Shown here in pieces: positions 62,668-64,000 of a DNA stretch of 64,000 bases. Within the stretch, counting starts at the first letter, position 1. Each line of letters begins with the position of its first letter. The DNA is from Nitrosopumilus sp. (lineage in GTDB: Archaea; Thermoproteota; Nitrososphaeria; Nitrososphaerales; Nitrosopumilaceae). The stretch is from NCBI GenBank assembly GCA_965197525.1, contig OZ240211.1, positions 1,504,001 to 1,568,000 on the forward strand, written 5' to 3'. The translations under genes were made by a program, and so were the position numbers. Below the pieces are notes generated by a model. The model did not search any database, had not been told where the DNA came from, and saw nothing but the letters and a program-made list of their open reading frames with translations.

Positions 62668-63288
62668 TCAATCAGCAAAAAACTTCTTCAAATCGTTGTT
62701 TTTCTTCACCAGTTCAAGCCAATCTATCACCGCCTCTTCTTTATTTTTGCTGTCTTTACTGTAATCTGAAATTAGAGCAACTACGTCCTTCACTACTACA
62801 TGAATGCTCTTTTTGCTGACGTTTATTTGAAATGCCTTTTCTTGGAATTTGATTTTGGCATCATTGGCAATTATACCTAATATTTCACTTGCCACATTAT
62901 CTCTTGTCTTTACATCTGAATATCCTCTCTCTTTGTATACTGATAACAGCTCATAGGGGTCTCTTCTTAAAATGATCATTATTTTGATATTTTCTTTATG
63001 GCATACATAAGGTGCTAGATGACCTACAATCATGTTTTTTCTGCACAAATATTCTTCTCTGACTAGCTCTCTTAATTTTTCAGTATCTACATCGTTTGTC
63101 TCTGCATTCTCTTCGAGCAGATCTGCATTCATGGCTATCTCGTTGATATCTAATATTGGCAATCCTAGTTCTTGAGCAACTCCTTTGGCAATGGTATGTT
63201 TTCCAACGCCCGGATTTCCCGTAATTACTATTGAGGTTCTGTGTAATCTTCGGGTGTTTTTTATGTTATTCATACCAAAACTAAACAT
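62668..63288 (-). CDS. Adenylate kinase 6 / Fap7-like NMP kinase
   Basis: ITGNPGVGKHT P-loop, VGHLA, ILRR..L..RGY...K..DN..SE; true start uncertain. Confidence 0.9.
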   Translation of the reverse strand: MFSFGMNNIKNTRRLHRTSIVITGNPGVGKHTIAKGVAQELGLPILDINEIAMNADLLEENAETNDVDTEKLRELVREEYLCRKNMIVGHLAPYVCHKENIKIMIILRRDPYELLSVYKERGYSDVKTRDNVASEILGIIANDAKIKFQEKAFQINVSKKSIHVVVKDVVALISDYSKDSKNKEEAVIDWLELVKKNNDLKKFFAD

Positions 63289-63292
63289 TGTT

Positions 63293-64000
63293 TCAACAAC
63301 GTCCTTGATGATTACTTGACTTTGACATATCGACTATTCGGATTACCGGTGTACAGGGTTCCGACATCGTTGACTCAAAAGTATCAAACTTCGCTTCATT
63401 TATGCCATCTCTACTATCCCTAAACCTAGGGGACAGTTTGCGTGATATATTCATGGCAGCGATAATATCCCTATCCATGTATAATCCGCAATTATTACAC
63501 AACATTTTACGACTGTGTTGCATGTCCTCTTGGAGTTTCTTTCCGCATCTTGGACATTGCGTGCTTGTGCGTTTTGGGTCTACAAATTCAACTGGAGGTA
63601 GCCCGACCCACCGGGCTTTGTATTCTATCTGTCTTTGCAGTTCAAAGAATTGCCATCCGTTCAATCTACGTCTGTATTTGTTACCTTGACTGTTCCCCTT
63701 CCTGTATAGTTTTCTAATTCCTTTCAGGTTTTCTAGAACAATAACTGCTTTTTCTTTGACCGCATTATCCACAATATCTTTGGATATTTTGTGGATGTAT
63801 TGTTTTGTTCTGTTGGTCATTCTTTTCTGTCTCTCTTTCCAAAACTGATCTTTCTTTCTGCGATCATTTCTGCAGAATCCGGATCTAGCATGTATTGTGT
63901 TCTCTTTGATTGAGAGCAGTTTGTTTGTCTTGTAGAATGTTACCTTTTCCTCATTTCCACAGGTGACGTTTCTAAGGTTCCTGTCTACTCCCATTGTCTT
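63293..64000 (-). mobile_element. tnpB: tnpB (IS200/IS605, IS1341-like), 5' part outside the window
   Basis: RuvC-I GVDRN, RuvC-II VLENL, Zn finger TSTQCPRCG..CNNCG, RuvC-III DRDIIAAMNI, C-terminal tail PVIRIVDMSK. Confidence 0.93.

Overview
This 64 kb window looks like an ammonia-oxidising archaeon (Nitrososphaerota, Nitrosopumilaceae-like). The basis is gene content: archaeal Csl4, TiaS, TgtA, Dph2, the Rieske/cytochrome b/cupredoxin cluster, the his operon and low GC. The conserved backbone is interrupted by several accessory or decaying segments. (1) 1-4.1 kb: an accessory islet with an atypical J-domain protein, a YwgA/Panacea-like gene followed by a truncated HD phosphohydrolase, and a RAM-domain plus RAM-HAD phosphatase cassette flanked by ~80 bp direct repeats. 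(2) 8.8-28.6 kb: a rearranged type I-B CRISPR-Cas locus. The array has ~158 repeats (hand count); cas6-cas1-cas2-cas4 point into it and cas8-cas7-cas5-cas3 are transcribed divergently. (3) 42.6-45.2 kb: a MoaD-ThiF(E1) fusion gene that appears split into a free GG-ending ubiquitin-like ORF and an IS-interrupted E1 pseudogene. (4) 56.4-57.9 kb: an integrase-less ~1.5 kb islet at the 3' end of tRNA-Arg(TCT), bounded by a 16 bp att-like duplication and carrying a DUF3800 gene with a structured downstream RNA candidate. (5) The right edge holds the 3' part of a tnpB gene. The best candidates for an uncharacterised system are the DUF3800 + RNA islet, the symmetric control region between cas6 and cas8, and the RAM/RAM-HAD and Panacea-HD islet. 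All calls were made by eye without database searches. Two single-base homopolymer frameshifts could be sequencing errors.
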